Part shown: positions 1-12,816 of the stretch, in pieces
How the letters are laid out: every line of letters begins with the position of its first letter
Numbering within the stretch: position 1 is the first letter of the stretch
Notes under the pieces: generated by a model
What the model was told of the DNA's origin: nothing
The model's database searches: none
What the model saw: the letters and a program-made list of their open reading frames with translations, nothing else
Source: Octopus sinensis
Lineage: Eukaryota
Direction of reading: 5' to 3'
Length of the DNA stretch: 64,000 nucleotides
Assembly (NCBI RefSeq): GCF_006345805.1
Contig: NC_043007.1
Span: forward strand, 61,814,001-61,878,000
Translations under genes and position numbers: made by a program

Positions 1-158
1 AGAAATAAAACTTAAGCAGAGGAAGTATAGTTGAAGTGAGAGGCAAAGCGGCAAAGAGGAGAGGAGGGAGTAAGAGGGAGTGAGAGAGAGAGGGGGGAAG
101 ATTGATAGAGAGGTAAGAGAAATATAACGCGTGAGACACAGAGGAGGGTGGAGGGAAA

Positions 159-189
<31 letters not shown>

Positions 190-333
190 AAGATTTAGAG
201 AGATAGATTGAGTGAAGGATGGAGTGGATAAAGAATAATCGTGAAAGAGAATGAAACCATTCTAATAGAGAAAACGCTGGAAAACTTTTTATTTTGAAGT
301 TGAAAATATGGAAATTGCAAAGAGAAATGTTGC

Positions 334-395
<62 letters not shown>

Positions 396-400
396 GTCTA

Positions 401-432
<32 letters not shown>
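334..432 (+). repeat. (CTAT)n followed by (CTGT)n microsatellite, next to a purine-rich (AG)n region at 1-200
   Basis: Tandem ctat then ctgt units are directly visible; they explain ORFs 294..572 and 308..532. Confidence 0.95.
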
Positions 433-440
<8 letters not shown>

Positions 441-960
441 CCTGCTCCTCCCTCTCTAACGCAGACTTTCTCACCCTCTGTCTCTTTCTCAGCAAATACC
501 TGTGGATGTTACTGTTACTTTTCTACAGTTGAAGGGCGAGGAAGAAAGAAAGAGAGAAATAAAAAGTGTTAAGAAGAGGAGGAATAGTTGAAATGACTGG
601 CGGAGCGAAAGAGAGGAGGGTCAGAGAGGGAGTGAGAGAGAGAGAGAGAGAGAGAGTGAGTGGCGACTGAAAGGAAGGCGGCGTTCGTTTTGTGTTTTTA
701 AATGCTTATCAGTATTTTCAGAGTAACCACAGCAAATATTGGATGCTACTTTTACTTTCCTACACTATAATTGGATGCTACTATTAAAGATGCTTACATT
801 TTTTGTATTTCGTAGAATTTCTCAGGGTCCTGCTTATACATAATTATTCGATAGTTATTAAATGAAGTCACTATTTACATATGCTTACATTTTTTTTATT
901 TTCCGTGAAGTTTTCACGGGTCCAGCTAGTTATTATTATTACTATTACTATTATTATTCA

Positions 961-1220
961 GGCGGCGAGCTGGCAGAATCGTTAGCACGAATTTATCGAC
1001 CCCGAAAGGATGAAAGGCAAAGTCGACCTCGGCGGAATTTGAACTCAGAACGTAAGGGGAGACGAAATACTGCTAAGCATTTCGCCCGGCGTGCTAACGA
1101 TTCTGCCAGCTCGCCGGGCGAAATGCTTAGCAGTATTTCGTCTCCCCTTACGTTCTGAGTTCAAATTCCGCCGAGGTCGACTTTGCCTTTCATCCTTTCG
1201 GGGTCGATAAATTAAGTACC
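961..1220 (+). mobile_element. tRNA-headed SINE (family 1) carrying an internal inverted self-duplication
   Basis: Head ggcggcgagctggcagaatcgttagcacg (A-box-like), B-box-like gagttcaaattcc and core gcctttcatcctttcggggtcgataaattaagtacc, as in other copies. 990-1113 is the reverse complement of 966-989 plus 1114-1213. Confidence 0.9.
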
Positions 1221-1247
1221 ATTTACCAGTTATTATCATCATTAAGG

Positions 1248-4172
1248 ACAGCATAGGGTGTCCACAGTTCCAAATAGTCGGCTACACAGACTACAAATTC
1301 CTGATCTGTACTGTCGACTTAGATAGGCTCCATAGAAAGGGTCCCGGTTACTGGAAGCTAAACGCGTCATTAACGGTGTGCAAAGCTTACAGAGACCGGA
1401 TTAGTTTATTAGTTAAGCGGGCGTTGCCGGGGGCAATCATCACTAACAACTGGTGGTTTGCTCTAAAGAGGGCAATTAGAGCAGAATCGATTAGGTTTAG
1501 TAAAGCTCTAGCTGTAGAACGAAACAAAACAGAGCGGGATTTAGTTAGAAAGCTAGACGAGGTTCTTAGGTCAGGCATCGCAACCGACGTGTCAGCGGCC
1601 AGGTTGGCTCTCGATCAACACTTCGACGCCAAACACGAAGGCTGCGTTGTCAGAGCTAAGGCACGTTCGGTAAGCGGGGAGGGGACTAAGGCCGCTCGAT
1701 GGGCCCGCGTGGCAGAGGTGAAGCGTGGAAACAAAGCGACCATTTGGTCTTTAGTGGAGCAGGACGGGCGTGAGGTTTCCGAACCGCAAGCAGATGTGTG
1801 CAGCCTTTCAGCAGCACTTTGCTCGACTAATCGGGACGAGCGGTGGGACGGACAACGGGACAGACTTCGGTGTGTACCTGAACGGCCTACCGCGACTCTC
1901 GGCTAACGAGGCGGAGTGCTGCGAAAGACTGGGAAGTACAAGAAGCGACGAAAAGCTGCACGAGAGGTAGATCGCCGGGTTTGGATGGTCTACTCTACGA
2001 GCTTTATACTTGTATGCCAGACTTGTATGCGGGCCATTTGACAGATGTCTACTGCAACTGGCAACAAAACGGGAGAATTCCTGCTTCTGTTTGTGGAGAA
2101 AGGGCCCAAGCAAGGGGAACGTGATAGGAAACTTCAGGCCCATCACTCTGCTCAATGAAGAGTTGAAGATTTTGGCCAAGGTCCTACCCAAGAGGTTGGC
2201 GCTTGTGACAAGCTGATTAGCAAGGCGCAAACATGCGCCGTGCCGACCAGGTCTATCCACAACAACCTCCATCTCATGCGCTACATCATAGAGGGGGTAG
2301 GTAACGAAGCTGGCACGTGTGGGGCTTTGATCAATTTAGATCAGTCTAAAGCCTTCGATAGGGTCGACCATCGATACTTGGCAGCTGTTCTCAAGGCAGC
2401 CGGTTTCGGTCCCGTCTTCCGCGGGTGGATCGCTTCTTCGTACAGCGGCATCTGCTCGGTCATACGGGTGAACGATCACCTTTCGGAGCCGTTTAACATC
2501 TCGCGTTCAGTCTGCTAAGGATGCCCTCTCTCCGCCCTCCTGTACGTATTGACTCTCGAGCTATTACTGCGGAAGTTGGAGGTTTTGAAGGGTGTCCGCG
2601 TGATCTGGGATGTGAAAGGAGCGTGTCTGCCTGTGTCGACGACGTTACCGTGATGGTGTCGTGCCACAGGCACATCGACCTGATTGGCGAGACGCTAAGC
2701 GAATACGAAGCGGTGACAGGTGCGAAAATTAACGCAGAAAAGTCCGTGGGTTTGCAACTGGGCATCTGGAGGGGCAAGTTTATGCCGTCCAACAGTGTCG
2801 TGGTCTGTTTCGGTCCGGACCTCCAGCTGGAGAAAAACTGGGACGAGGTGACGAACAGAGTGGCCAATCTCACCCAGAAATGGGCCGAGAGGAAGCTGTC
2901 TTTGAAAGGTCGAGCGGAGGTGGCGATGACCGTCGTCCCTTGTCCCGACCGCTGGTTGACTAAGCTGACACGCTTGCTCTTCGACTTTCTGTGGAAGGGT
3001 CACGTATCACTGGTCAGGCGCTCCATCTGCTGTCAACAGCCGCTGAACGGAGGCCTTGCATGCCGTGGTTGCTGATGCGCAGATATGTGCTCAGGCTACG
3101 GTATCTCAGACGTTTCCTGGACGGTGAGCAGGTGTGATCGCCGTTCGTCAGGCTCTACTTTCTACAGCTCGTCTCTTTGACCGAGCTGCAATCTTGGATT
3201 AAACGTAGACCGAGGAAGGGCGCTTGGCACCTCGAGTGCCGTCAAGCTCTCACCGCCCTCCGCCAGGTGGGCAATGCGATCGGTTGTAGTTCCACTCTAG
3301 CGTTCTATAGAGGGTCTGTGTAGCCGACTATGTGGAAAAGTGCGACGACGTTCTCGGAGGAAACTCTAGGCGTCGACGACGACCAGCTAAGCAGTCTGTT
3401 TGGAAGGACTTTCGGGCCGGGACCCATGGATAACTTCCAAAAGTCCCTCGACTGGCAGTGCTACTGAGAGGCACTGCCTGTTCGGGATAAACTCCACCTG
3501 CACGGAAGTGCCGTTAGTCGGGACTGCCCGTGGTGCGCCTAGAGCGACGAAACCGTTCTGTACGCACTTGTTCAGTGCCCGAGTATTGCTGACCTATGGG
3601 TTTATGTCAAACAGCTACTGTCGCGTGAATCCATAGTAAAGATTTCGCCCCCGACCTCCTTTAACCGGGAAGGCAAGGCAATTTTCATTTGTCTGGTGGT
3701 TGTAGCGAAAGAAATGGTATGGTGGAGCCGTTTGAAAGGGCCAAAGTCAGACACTTTCCTTTTGGCCAAGGCCTCATCAACGTTTTCAAGTTCCACTTGA
3801 AAAGGAAGGTGAGAGTAGAGAGGGAAGTGTTGGCTCGTAGCAAATGTGTTGAAAGGTGGGTGAATGTCGGTAAAATGGCCAGTATGAACGGACCAGTTCT
3901 AAGATTATACCTGTAAATAAGAAGGAATATAAAAGAAGTGGCTATCTTCCCGTTTGACCAGGTTCCCGTGGCTTTTATGGGTTTTTCCACGAGTAACCTT
4001 TCAAAGTGCCTCCCCCTATTGGGAGTTTTACTTGTTATATTTTTCTCTGTTATTTTAACGTTTACACGAACCTCTTTCTTTTTACAAAATCCTTTGTTTT
4101 TCATCGTCCTGTATTTGTCCTTAGATGTTTTGATTTATATTAGCCCTTGTGGCCAATAAAACCAGGAAGAAT
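1248..4172 (+). mobile_element. 5'-truncated, degraded Tx1/L1-clade non-LTR retrotransposon (end of APE endonuclease, RT, C-terminal zinc knuckle, 3' UTR)
   Basis: Motifs read across frameshifts and stops: VGYTDYK...GPGYWKLNASL (end of APE, W at 1352), SPGLDGLLYELY, GNFRPITLLN, NLDQSKAFDRVDH (~2340), GCPLSALLYVL, ACVDDVT (YADD equivalent, ~2635), CPWC...ETVLYALVQCP (CCHC-like, ~3525-3580). A pyrimidine-rich 3' UTR ends at aataaa (4155-4160). Candidate 17-bp TSD at 1231-1247 and 4173-4189. Confidence 0.92.
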
Positions 4173-4187
4173 TATTATTATCATTAA

Positions 4188-4590
4188 GGCGGCGAGTCGA
4201 CAGAATCGTTAGCACGCCGGGCAAAATGCTTAGCGGTATTTCCACTGCCGCTACGTTCTGAGTTCAAATTCCGCCGAAGTCGACTTTGCCTTTCATCCTT
4301 TCGGGGTCGATTAAATAAGTACCAGTTACGCACTAGGGTTGATATAATCGACTTAATCCGTTTGTCTGTCCTTGTTTGTCCTCTCTGAGTTTAGCCCCTT
4401 GTGATTAGTAAAGAAATAGGTATTTGGCCCGTCTTCACGTTCTGAGTTCAAATTCCACCGAGGTCGACTTTGCCTTTCATCCTTTCGAGATCGATAAAAT
4501 AAAAACCAATTGAGCTCGATATAATAGACTTACCCTCTCGCTTGAACTTACTGGCCTTGTACCAAAATCTGAAACCATTATTATTTTTTT
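4188..4590 (+). mobile_element. Composite family-1 SINE: head, core, tail A, second core, tail B
   Basis: Head at 4188, then core, tail gtctgtccttgtttgtcc...ttagccccttgtg...aaagaaata, repeated core acgttctgagttcaaattcc (~4437), and tail ctggccttgtaccaaaatctgaaaccattatt. Confidence 0.85.
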
Positions 4591-4879
4591 TATTATTGTT
4601 ACATTCTTTGAAGCGCTATACTGCGATAAGGTGCTTTCCACAAGTGGCAGACAGCAGAAGAGCATAACTATAAAGGTTAATTGCGAAAGATCTAGCTTGG
4701 TGGTCAATGAACTCTCGTGGAATATAACGCAGCAATATTCACCAGAGTGCAGTGACCAAACAAATATAGGAAAAACACCTTTTGTTAAGTGATTAATTCA
4801 TTTTTCTTCTTCAATTCGTGCTTGAATGGTTGAGGGCGTTCATATGAAAATAGTAAGTTTTCAGAACGAGAAATATTGG

Positions 4880-5462
4880 TTTCAAATTTAGGTACAAGGC
4901 CAGTAATTTCGGGAAAAGGAATAAGTGATAAACTATTACTTATTTTATCGACCCCGAAAGGATGAAAGGCAAAGCCGACCCAGGTGGATTTTGAACGCAG
5001 GACGTAAAGACAGACAAAATGCTGCAGAGCGTTTAGCCCGGCATGCTAAAGATTCATATTTGTTTATTGCCCACAAGGGGCTAAAAATAGAGGGGACAAA
5101 CAAGGACAGACAAAAGGATTAAGTCGATTACATCGACCCTAGTGCGTCAGTGGTACTTTATTTATCGATCCCAAAAGGATGAAAGGCGGAATTTGAACTC
5201 AGAATGTAACGGCAGACGAAATACCTATTTCTATTTCTTTACTACCAACAAGGGGCTAAACACAGAGAGGACAAACAAGGACAGACATAGGTATTAAGTC
5301 GATTACATCGACCCCAGTGCGTAACTGGTACTTAATTTATCGACCCCGAAATGATGAAAGGCAAAGTCGACCTCGGTGGAATTTGAACTCAGAACGTAAC
5401 GGCAGACGAAATACGGCTACGCATTTCGCCCGGCGTGCTAACGATTCTGCCAGCTCGCCGCC
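4880..5462 (-). mobile_element. Composite family-1 SINE array on the minus strand (head at ~5462, alternating core and tail A units)
   Basis: Reverse-complement head cgtgctaacgattctgccagctcgccgcc ends at 5462. Tail A occurs at 5063-5112 and 5237-5290; cores at ~4945-5040, 5150-5225 and 5330-5430. Confidence 0.85.
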
Positions 5463-5922
5463 TTCACAAGGAGAAATATTAATATTCTTATAAAAGCAAT
5501 GTCTAATACGAGAACAATGAAACCCATGGGTAATGGTTGGTTCACTCAGAGTCAAATAAATATATTTGAAACGTATTAATTTCATACATCACCCGACATG
5601 TTTATCGATATGGATTCTTACCTGCATTACTCCACCCATGAGAGGGCGGCATGGTTTAGTAATATAATACATTCGCTGCAGGCACTGTTTCCTTTGTTTC
5701 TCTTATTCGTTTTTACTTCCTGCCACTTGTTTGATAAGTATGTAATATTGTTTACACCATCCTCTATCACTGAATAAATGTCAGGCATACAAACGCAGAA
5801 ACTCAGGCAAACCATAAAGAAAACAATATATGCGTACACTCACATACATTCTTACATATCTGAGTATCTCTATATGAATATATGTATATATGTGAGCACG
5901 AGTGTATGTATGTATGTGTATA

Positions 5923-5959
5923 ACACACACACACAAACACACACACAAACACACACACA

Positions 5960-6030
<71 letters not shown>
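5923..6030 (+). repeat. (AC)n microsatellite
   Basis: Directly visible; source of the HTHT/CVCV ORFs. Confidence 0.95.
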
Positions 6031-6032
<2 letters not shown>

Positions 6033-6329
6033 ATATAGGTGTATGTAACAGCTGAAACGGGTTTAATGTTGCACACCACAGCATGGTAGCATAAAACTAG
6101 CGTGGTATATCATCTAAAGATATTCTGCACTATAATGATTTGTCAAAGAACCACCAGGCCCCTTACTGAGGCAATGGAATGCTGCGCCGTTTATCGTTTC
6201 TGAAGGACATCAGTAATATATGGGATATTCAACAGCTTTATCTGGGAATGATACCCGAATCACTGCGTCGGCTAGTTGGAGCTTACTTTTATCCTATCAA
6301 TAATAACAGTAGTAGTAGTAGTAGTAATA

Positions 6330-6736
6330 CAAACTTGCTAATCGAAATCGAAAAGATGTGGCATCTCAAGACGGTTACAATACCAATAATTTTAGCTCTT
6401 GGAATGTTCAAAAAAGGAACTGAAAATTACTCAAGAACGATTCCTGGCTTACCATCCATACAGGAAGTGCAAAAGATTGTCTTAATTGGAACGTCACACG
6501 CTGTGAATTTTCTTTCCTCTTTTCCCCTTGATTTTCTTTGTTCACTTTTTACTTTTTATTTTTTTTATTTTTCTCTCTGTCTTTCTTCCCCTTTTCTCCT
6601 GTCACATGACTTTGTAAATGGACAATTTGGTGCGTTTATTTTAATGGCCTGCCAATGTATACAGTGTGTTTCTCTGCTCTGGGTCTTGGGAAGACACTCG
6701 GCAAGGAATAGAAACAATTGAAAGAAGATGATGATG

Positions 6737-6792
<56 letters not shown>
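6330..6792 (+). mobile_element. 3' end of an R4/Dong-like (RLE) LINE with (GAT)n(AAT)n tail
   Basis: The peptide LLIEIEKMWHLKTVTIPIILALGMFKKG...IQEVQKIVLIGTSHAV matches the typical C-terminus of R4/Dong ORFs (E.MW...VPIVIGALG...QK..LLGT.H). A 3' UTR-like segment and the trinucleotide tail (6725-6792) follow. Confidence 0.75.
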
Positions 6793-7002
6793 CCTTTCTG
6801 CTATTGGAACAAGGCTGAAATTTGAGGGAGGGGGATAGTCGATTACATCGACCCCAGTGCGTAACTGGTACTTAATTTATCGACCCCGAAAGGATGAAAG
6901 CAAAGTCGACCTCGGCGGAATTTGAACTCAGAACGTAGCGGCAGACGAAATACCGCTAAGCATTTCGCCCGGCATGCTAACAATTTTGCCAGCTCACCGC
7001 CT
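6793..7002 (-). mobile_element. Family-1 SINE with tail C, embedded between (AAT)n tracts
   Basis: Reverse complement of head and core, with tail cctttctgctattggaacaaggctgaaatttgagggagggg on the plus strand. Confidence 0.85.
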
Positions 7003-7006
7003 CTAT

Positions 7007-7680
<674 letters not shown>

Positions 7681-7769
7681 AATAATAATAATAATAACAA
7701 GAAGAAGAAGAAGAAGAAGAAGAAGAAGAAGAAGAAGAAGAAGAAAGAAAGAAAGAAAGAAGAAAGAAA

Positions 7770-7805
<36 letters not shown>

Positions 7806-7855
7806 GAAAAAGAAAGAAAGAAAGAAAGAAAGATAAGAAAAAGAAAGAAGAACTT

Positions 7856-8730
7856 GGGTATTGGATGGATAGATTGCAAGAAGGCTTACAACAATGTGCC
7901 GTACTGTCGGTATACTAGAGTGCTTGTGGATGATCGGAGGCATTGAAGAAATAAAGAGATCTTTAAAAAAAGTAACGAGAGCTTGGAAAGCAGAAGTAAC
8001 ATGCGCGATGGAATCGTTGGGGAACGTTAAAATACGCATGGGTGTATCTCAGGAAGACTCTCTCTCCCTTTTATGTTTTGTTTCGTCTGAGAAAATTCAG
8101 GCCAGCCTATGAATTTGATGAAGCCAAAATGAAAATAAATCACATGCATTATATGAATGCACTCAAATTGCATGCTTAAAGTGAAAAGAGACCAACATTT
8201 TCTTATCCAAACAGTAAATGTTTTATCAAGGGTACTGGGATGCAGTTTGAGTTAAATAAGTGTGCTGTGTTAATTATGAAGCAAGGCCGAAAGATAGGCT
8301 CTGAAGGTATAAAATCAGCACAAGACACTATCATTAGATTGTTGAGAAATAATGAATGAAACAAGCAACTAGGGGTCCTGGAAGAAGAAACGAGAGAGAA
8401 ATATTCAAAGAATACAAAAGAAGAATTAGGGAGGTGTTCGAAAGAAAATTAAACGGAGGGAATATAATTAAAGCAATAAATACGTGGGTCCTGGCAGTAT
8501 TAAGATACACTGCTCCTTTTTCTAAAATGGAAGTAGATAGAGATACATAACTTAGATAAAAGAATTAAGAAACTGCTCCCAATGCCTAGCCCTTACTACT
8601 CTAAAAGTAATATCGATAGACTCTGTCTATCAAGAAAGGAAGGAGGTTGAGGATCGCTAAACTCAGAAGACACCGCTTGTACTGCGATATTGAAGTCTGA
8701 AGGACTATGTTGTACATAGAAAAGAAATAA
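7856..8730 (+). mobile_element. Degraded R4/Dong-like LINE reverse transcriptase fragment
   Basis: Motifs across frames: WIDCKKAYNNVP (WIDYKKAYD), IRMGVSQEDSLSLLCFV (GIFQGDSLSPL), KINHMHYMNALKL (HLLFMDDLKL), EYKRRIREVFERKLNGGNIIKAINTWVLAVLRY, SKSNIDRLCLSRKEGG. Confidence 0.85.
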
Positions 8731-8754
8731 TATTATCGAGCAGAAATGTAGCCC

Positions 8755-8935
8755 CTCACGAAGACCCTGGAAAAGAGGATCGACGGCTTCGATAGTAAAG
8801 CCATGAGAACCATCGAGAACATCTGATAGCACCATCACATTTCTATGTATTGTAACCTGCTGAGCACAAAATCCGTTCGTGAACCCTTTTTGCATTGGAC
8901 GTAGCAAAAATGCATTCTGAGTCCTCGGGGGAAGC
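8755..8935 (+). mobile_element. Short RTE-like LINE fragment
   Basis: TKTLEKRIDGFDSKAMRTIENI**HHHIS resembles the RTE post-RT motif (LE.RLD.F...LR.IL.I.W...ISNE). Confidence 0.5.
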
Positions 8936-10129
8936 CTGCTCTATGATGTGAAAAACAACTTTTGTGGTTTTAAGCAATCTCCTATAAGTTCAATGTCTTT
9001 TTAAATCTGATCCTAAATCCGCCTCTTTTTGCAGCACACCATCATTATTTTAGAACGCCAGTTTTGATCACAGGGACATGTTGTTTATTCACAGGGCTAC
9101 AACTCTAATGTCGTTCCTTGGAAGGGAAGATTTTATATGCTCTTTGTTTCGGCTCAATTGTTTTTCCCTTGCTTTTATTTTACTGTCTCCGAAGGTTTAA
9201 TCCAATGATCTGTCCTTCATTTGCTTTTCATATAATAATTTGTAGGGGGTGCAAATATTAAGAGAAGTTATCCCGGTTTACTGGGCAATTGGCTCCTGGT
9301 TGTCGGTTTTGCGAGTTGAAAATATAGCAAGTTTTCCTGTCGCCCTTCAAGCTGTAAATGGTGATATGACTTGCAGTGCTATTGAAACAGAAACATTCGG
9401 GATCAGCTGTTGTTGCTTGCTCTACTGCTCTCTTTGTCTTCACTTCACGAGTTCTCCAGGGGAGATAACTCCTTTCACTCCTTCAGGTGTAGCCGCTAGG
9501 CTTGCAGCCTTTCACCATCAGTTACATGTCGTTTTCTTTTGTGTTTTGTGGCCTTCTAATGTTATTAAGACTTGTATTCCATTCAGACCCCCACCGATCA
9601 CATGCCGTCTTTTATTACCTCGGCATTCCTCTTTGTAGCATATTGTAGCACAATGGTAATGACGAGCCAATATCCTTGACGGTAATATTTGAACTTCATC
9701 GATCCAAGCGTTGTGTGCGACATACCAGTTCGGTTTGTTTTAGCCCCGTAGGGCTTTGCATGGTCGATAGAGGAGACATCTCCCAACACTTCAGCCGTGT
9801 CTAGCTATTATTGTTCTTTATGAGGAATGACGATGCAAAAGGAGGTAAATTTCCTTGTCACAAGCTCTTGAATGAAAGGTTCTAGCAAAGAGTTGGTTCA
9901 TAACTCTGCCAAACGAATTTTTCTCAGCTAACTGCTCCATCAAATTCTTTCTGTGACTGGCAGCGTCAGCAAAGCTAAAATTGCTCTTCTTCACTATTTT
10001 ATTTGTTTATTAAGAATTACATTTACAAAGTTGTTATTGTTTTTAGTGTTGTTGTGGTTAAACATGTTATAAGAATTATTCACATTACAGTTATTGTGTA
10101 GGAAAATGTTTCTTTTGGCACAAAGCCAG

Positions 10130-10265
10130 CAGTTTATGAAGGGGTTGTAAATCGATTATTTCGACCCCAGTAGTACTTATTTTATCGCCCCGAAAAGATC
10201 AAAGGCGAAATTGGCCTCAATGCATTTGAACCCAAAACGTAGAGTCGGAAGAAAAGCTGTGAAGC
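10130..10265 (-). mobile_element. Degenerate family-1 SINE
   Basis: tcgattatttcgaccccagtagtacttattttatcgccccgaaaagatcaaaggc matches the reverse-complement core. Confidence 0.65.
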
Positions 10266-10744
10266 ATGTAAGCGTGTAAGCTTTGCTACAATTATTTTTA
10301 AAATTCTATTTATTTTATATTTTTTGTTTGTTTTAGTGCGTTCATGCTACATTCTTTCTTTATACAACCCCTCTACGCTTTTTCAAATAAATGATGACTT
10401 TAAAATTAAATAAATATGGAAAACTCAAACATCTTGTCTACCTTTAGACAAAGGAAATAAATCCTATACTTTTGTAACGTTCTCTGAAAATAATCTTAAA
10501 AAGTCATTCCTTCAGTAAACGAATATGTTCCCATGGTTCCCTTTCCCTACTCTCTCAATACCTGTCTACATTTCTCTCTCTCTCTCTCTGTTACTTTATT
10601 TTCATCTCTTTTAATTACTCTTTTATTGCTTTCCACCAATTGGCTGTGGTCATCCAGGGATATTGCCGTACCTTCTTTTTGATCATATCCTTGCCCGATC
10701 AACGCTGACTTGGAACTATATAACAGCAAATATTTTTCTGTCTC

Positions 10745-10776
10745 TCCCTGTCTGTCTGTCTGCTTGTATGCCTGTC

Positions 10777-10866
<90 letters not shown>
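10745..10866 (+). repeat. (CTGT)n then (CT)n microsatellite
   Basis: Directly visible. Confidence 0.95.
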
Positions 10867-10868
<2 letters not shown>

Positions 10869-11522
10869 CTACCAAATATAAAACACAAGCACATGTATAT
10901 ATATACACACACACATAGAGACGTGCAGAAAGAGAAACACACACACGCACTCACACCATTCTGACCTCTAAGACCAGTCCAAAAAACCACTGAACCATGA
11001 CAGACTAAGCCAGAAACAAAAAAAATCCTTTTGATTCTACATTGCTCTTCCTTCTCCCCACCCAACCAACCTCCCACACTCTCCCTTAAAATAGCAAATA
11101 TTCCTTAGCCACACACAAGAGAAAATGTCAGAAAGACAGGTCAGTTATTTCTCTACAATTTTTTGTAAATTCTGAAAAACATCTCCTTCTTTGTATATAT
11201 ATATACTACCAAAACAACATGATATTTATTGAATTCAAAATACTTTTTGGAGTCCCGTTCTGATCACATTCTTAAATACTTTCTTGTAAACTGCTTTTAA
11301 CATTTTCTTATTATTATCAAATAATGTATATCTTTATTTTAATACTTTTGTGATAACCAGTACTTAACACAAAAAAGTTCATACAAAGCTTTACATTTTA
11401 CTTTTGACAATCTATTTCTAAAAAAGTGAAACCTGTCAAGTGAATAAACATCTTTAAAATTGCATTTCAAACGTTCTTTCATATATATTTCCACTCGTGC
11501 GGTACCTTATAACTTTACTTTG

Positions 11523-11570
<48 letters not shown>

Positions 11571-11702
11571 ACAATTGAGGGTAAAATTAATTATTAATCA
11601 ATTTCACCAAGTGTTCAGTATGTAAAAGGACCTATTTAAGGCGATATGTGGCAAAGTAATTTATTTTACTAAGCCCTAATTATATAATATATATATATAT
11701 AT

Positions 11703-11785
<83 letters not shown>

Positions 11786-11889
11786 TGTATGTATATGTAT
11801 GTATGTATATGTATGTATGTATATGTATGTATGTATATGTATATATATATATCTATTATACATTATATATGCGTGTCTGTGTGTGTATT

Positions 11890-11927
<38 letters not shown>

Positions 11928-12191
11928 GAGGAGTAAATATTCAAATGAATATTTGTATACACATTTTTATTGATATTATTATCAGCGGTAAATTTAAATA
12001 ATTGATAATAACAAAAACAAAAATATAGGTGGTAGCAAGTAATGATAGCGTTAAATAGTTAGAGAATAAAATTTATAATTATAATTGTAATTAACCATAA
12101 TTACAAAAAAGGCAGACGAGGCGCCTACCTGAGCTAAATCCTCTGTATATTTGATATATATACGTGTGTGTGTGTGTGTGTAATATATATA

Positions 12192-12223
<32 letters not shown>

Positions 12224-12816
12224 GACTGTTTGTGATGTCAGTGTGTGTGTGTGTGTATCTTTTCCAATCCTTGTTACTAATAGGAAATTACGGAGTCGGA
12301 ATGTAAATTATTCAAATTCTTTAAACAGCTAATCTTCAACATCATTCCCGGGCTATTTATTAATCAACGCTAAACTACTCAGAACGTAATTCTTACCGCT
12401 GCCATCATCATCATCATCGTCATCATCATCGTCACCACCACCACTACCACCACCATCATTTAACTATCAACAATCATCATTATCATCAGCCAATCAGCAA
12501 CGGTAGCATTCTACGCCATCACTGTTATCATCATGATCATAATATTCTTCAGCAGCAGACTCAACATTAAGCATCTCCCAACCCTTTACCTTTTAGTTTC
12601 TCCACCCTTTTACTCACCACTTCTTCATTATCATATTTCTATAATGAAATTCTGACACTTCCTTGTTGGCACACCGACATGGTATTACTTACCCAGGAGA
12701 ATGGATTACAACTTAATTACAGAAGGTGTCGTATTCATAAAACATAGTAAAAATGTTCCATTACAATGTACTGGTAGTGAGTAGTCTTCTGTTACCTTAA
12801 TATTATCCACTCCCTA

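Noticed and set aside
6179-6721. 180-aa ORF as a host gene
   Set aside because: It is chimeric: only the central part is a LINE endonuclease C-terminus, and the rest is (AGT)n and T-rich low-complexity sequence.
8940-9900. Possible minus-strand N-terminal part of an R4/Dong ORF
   Set aside because: Only faint echoes (HWIK, NWRS) with many stops; I cannot assign it without a profile search.
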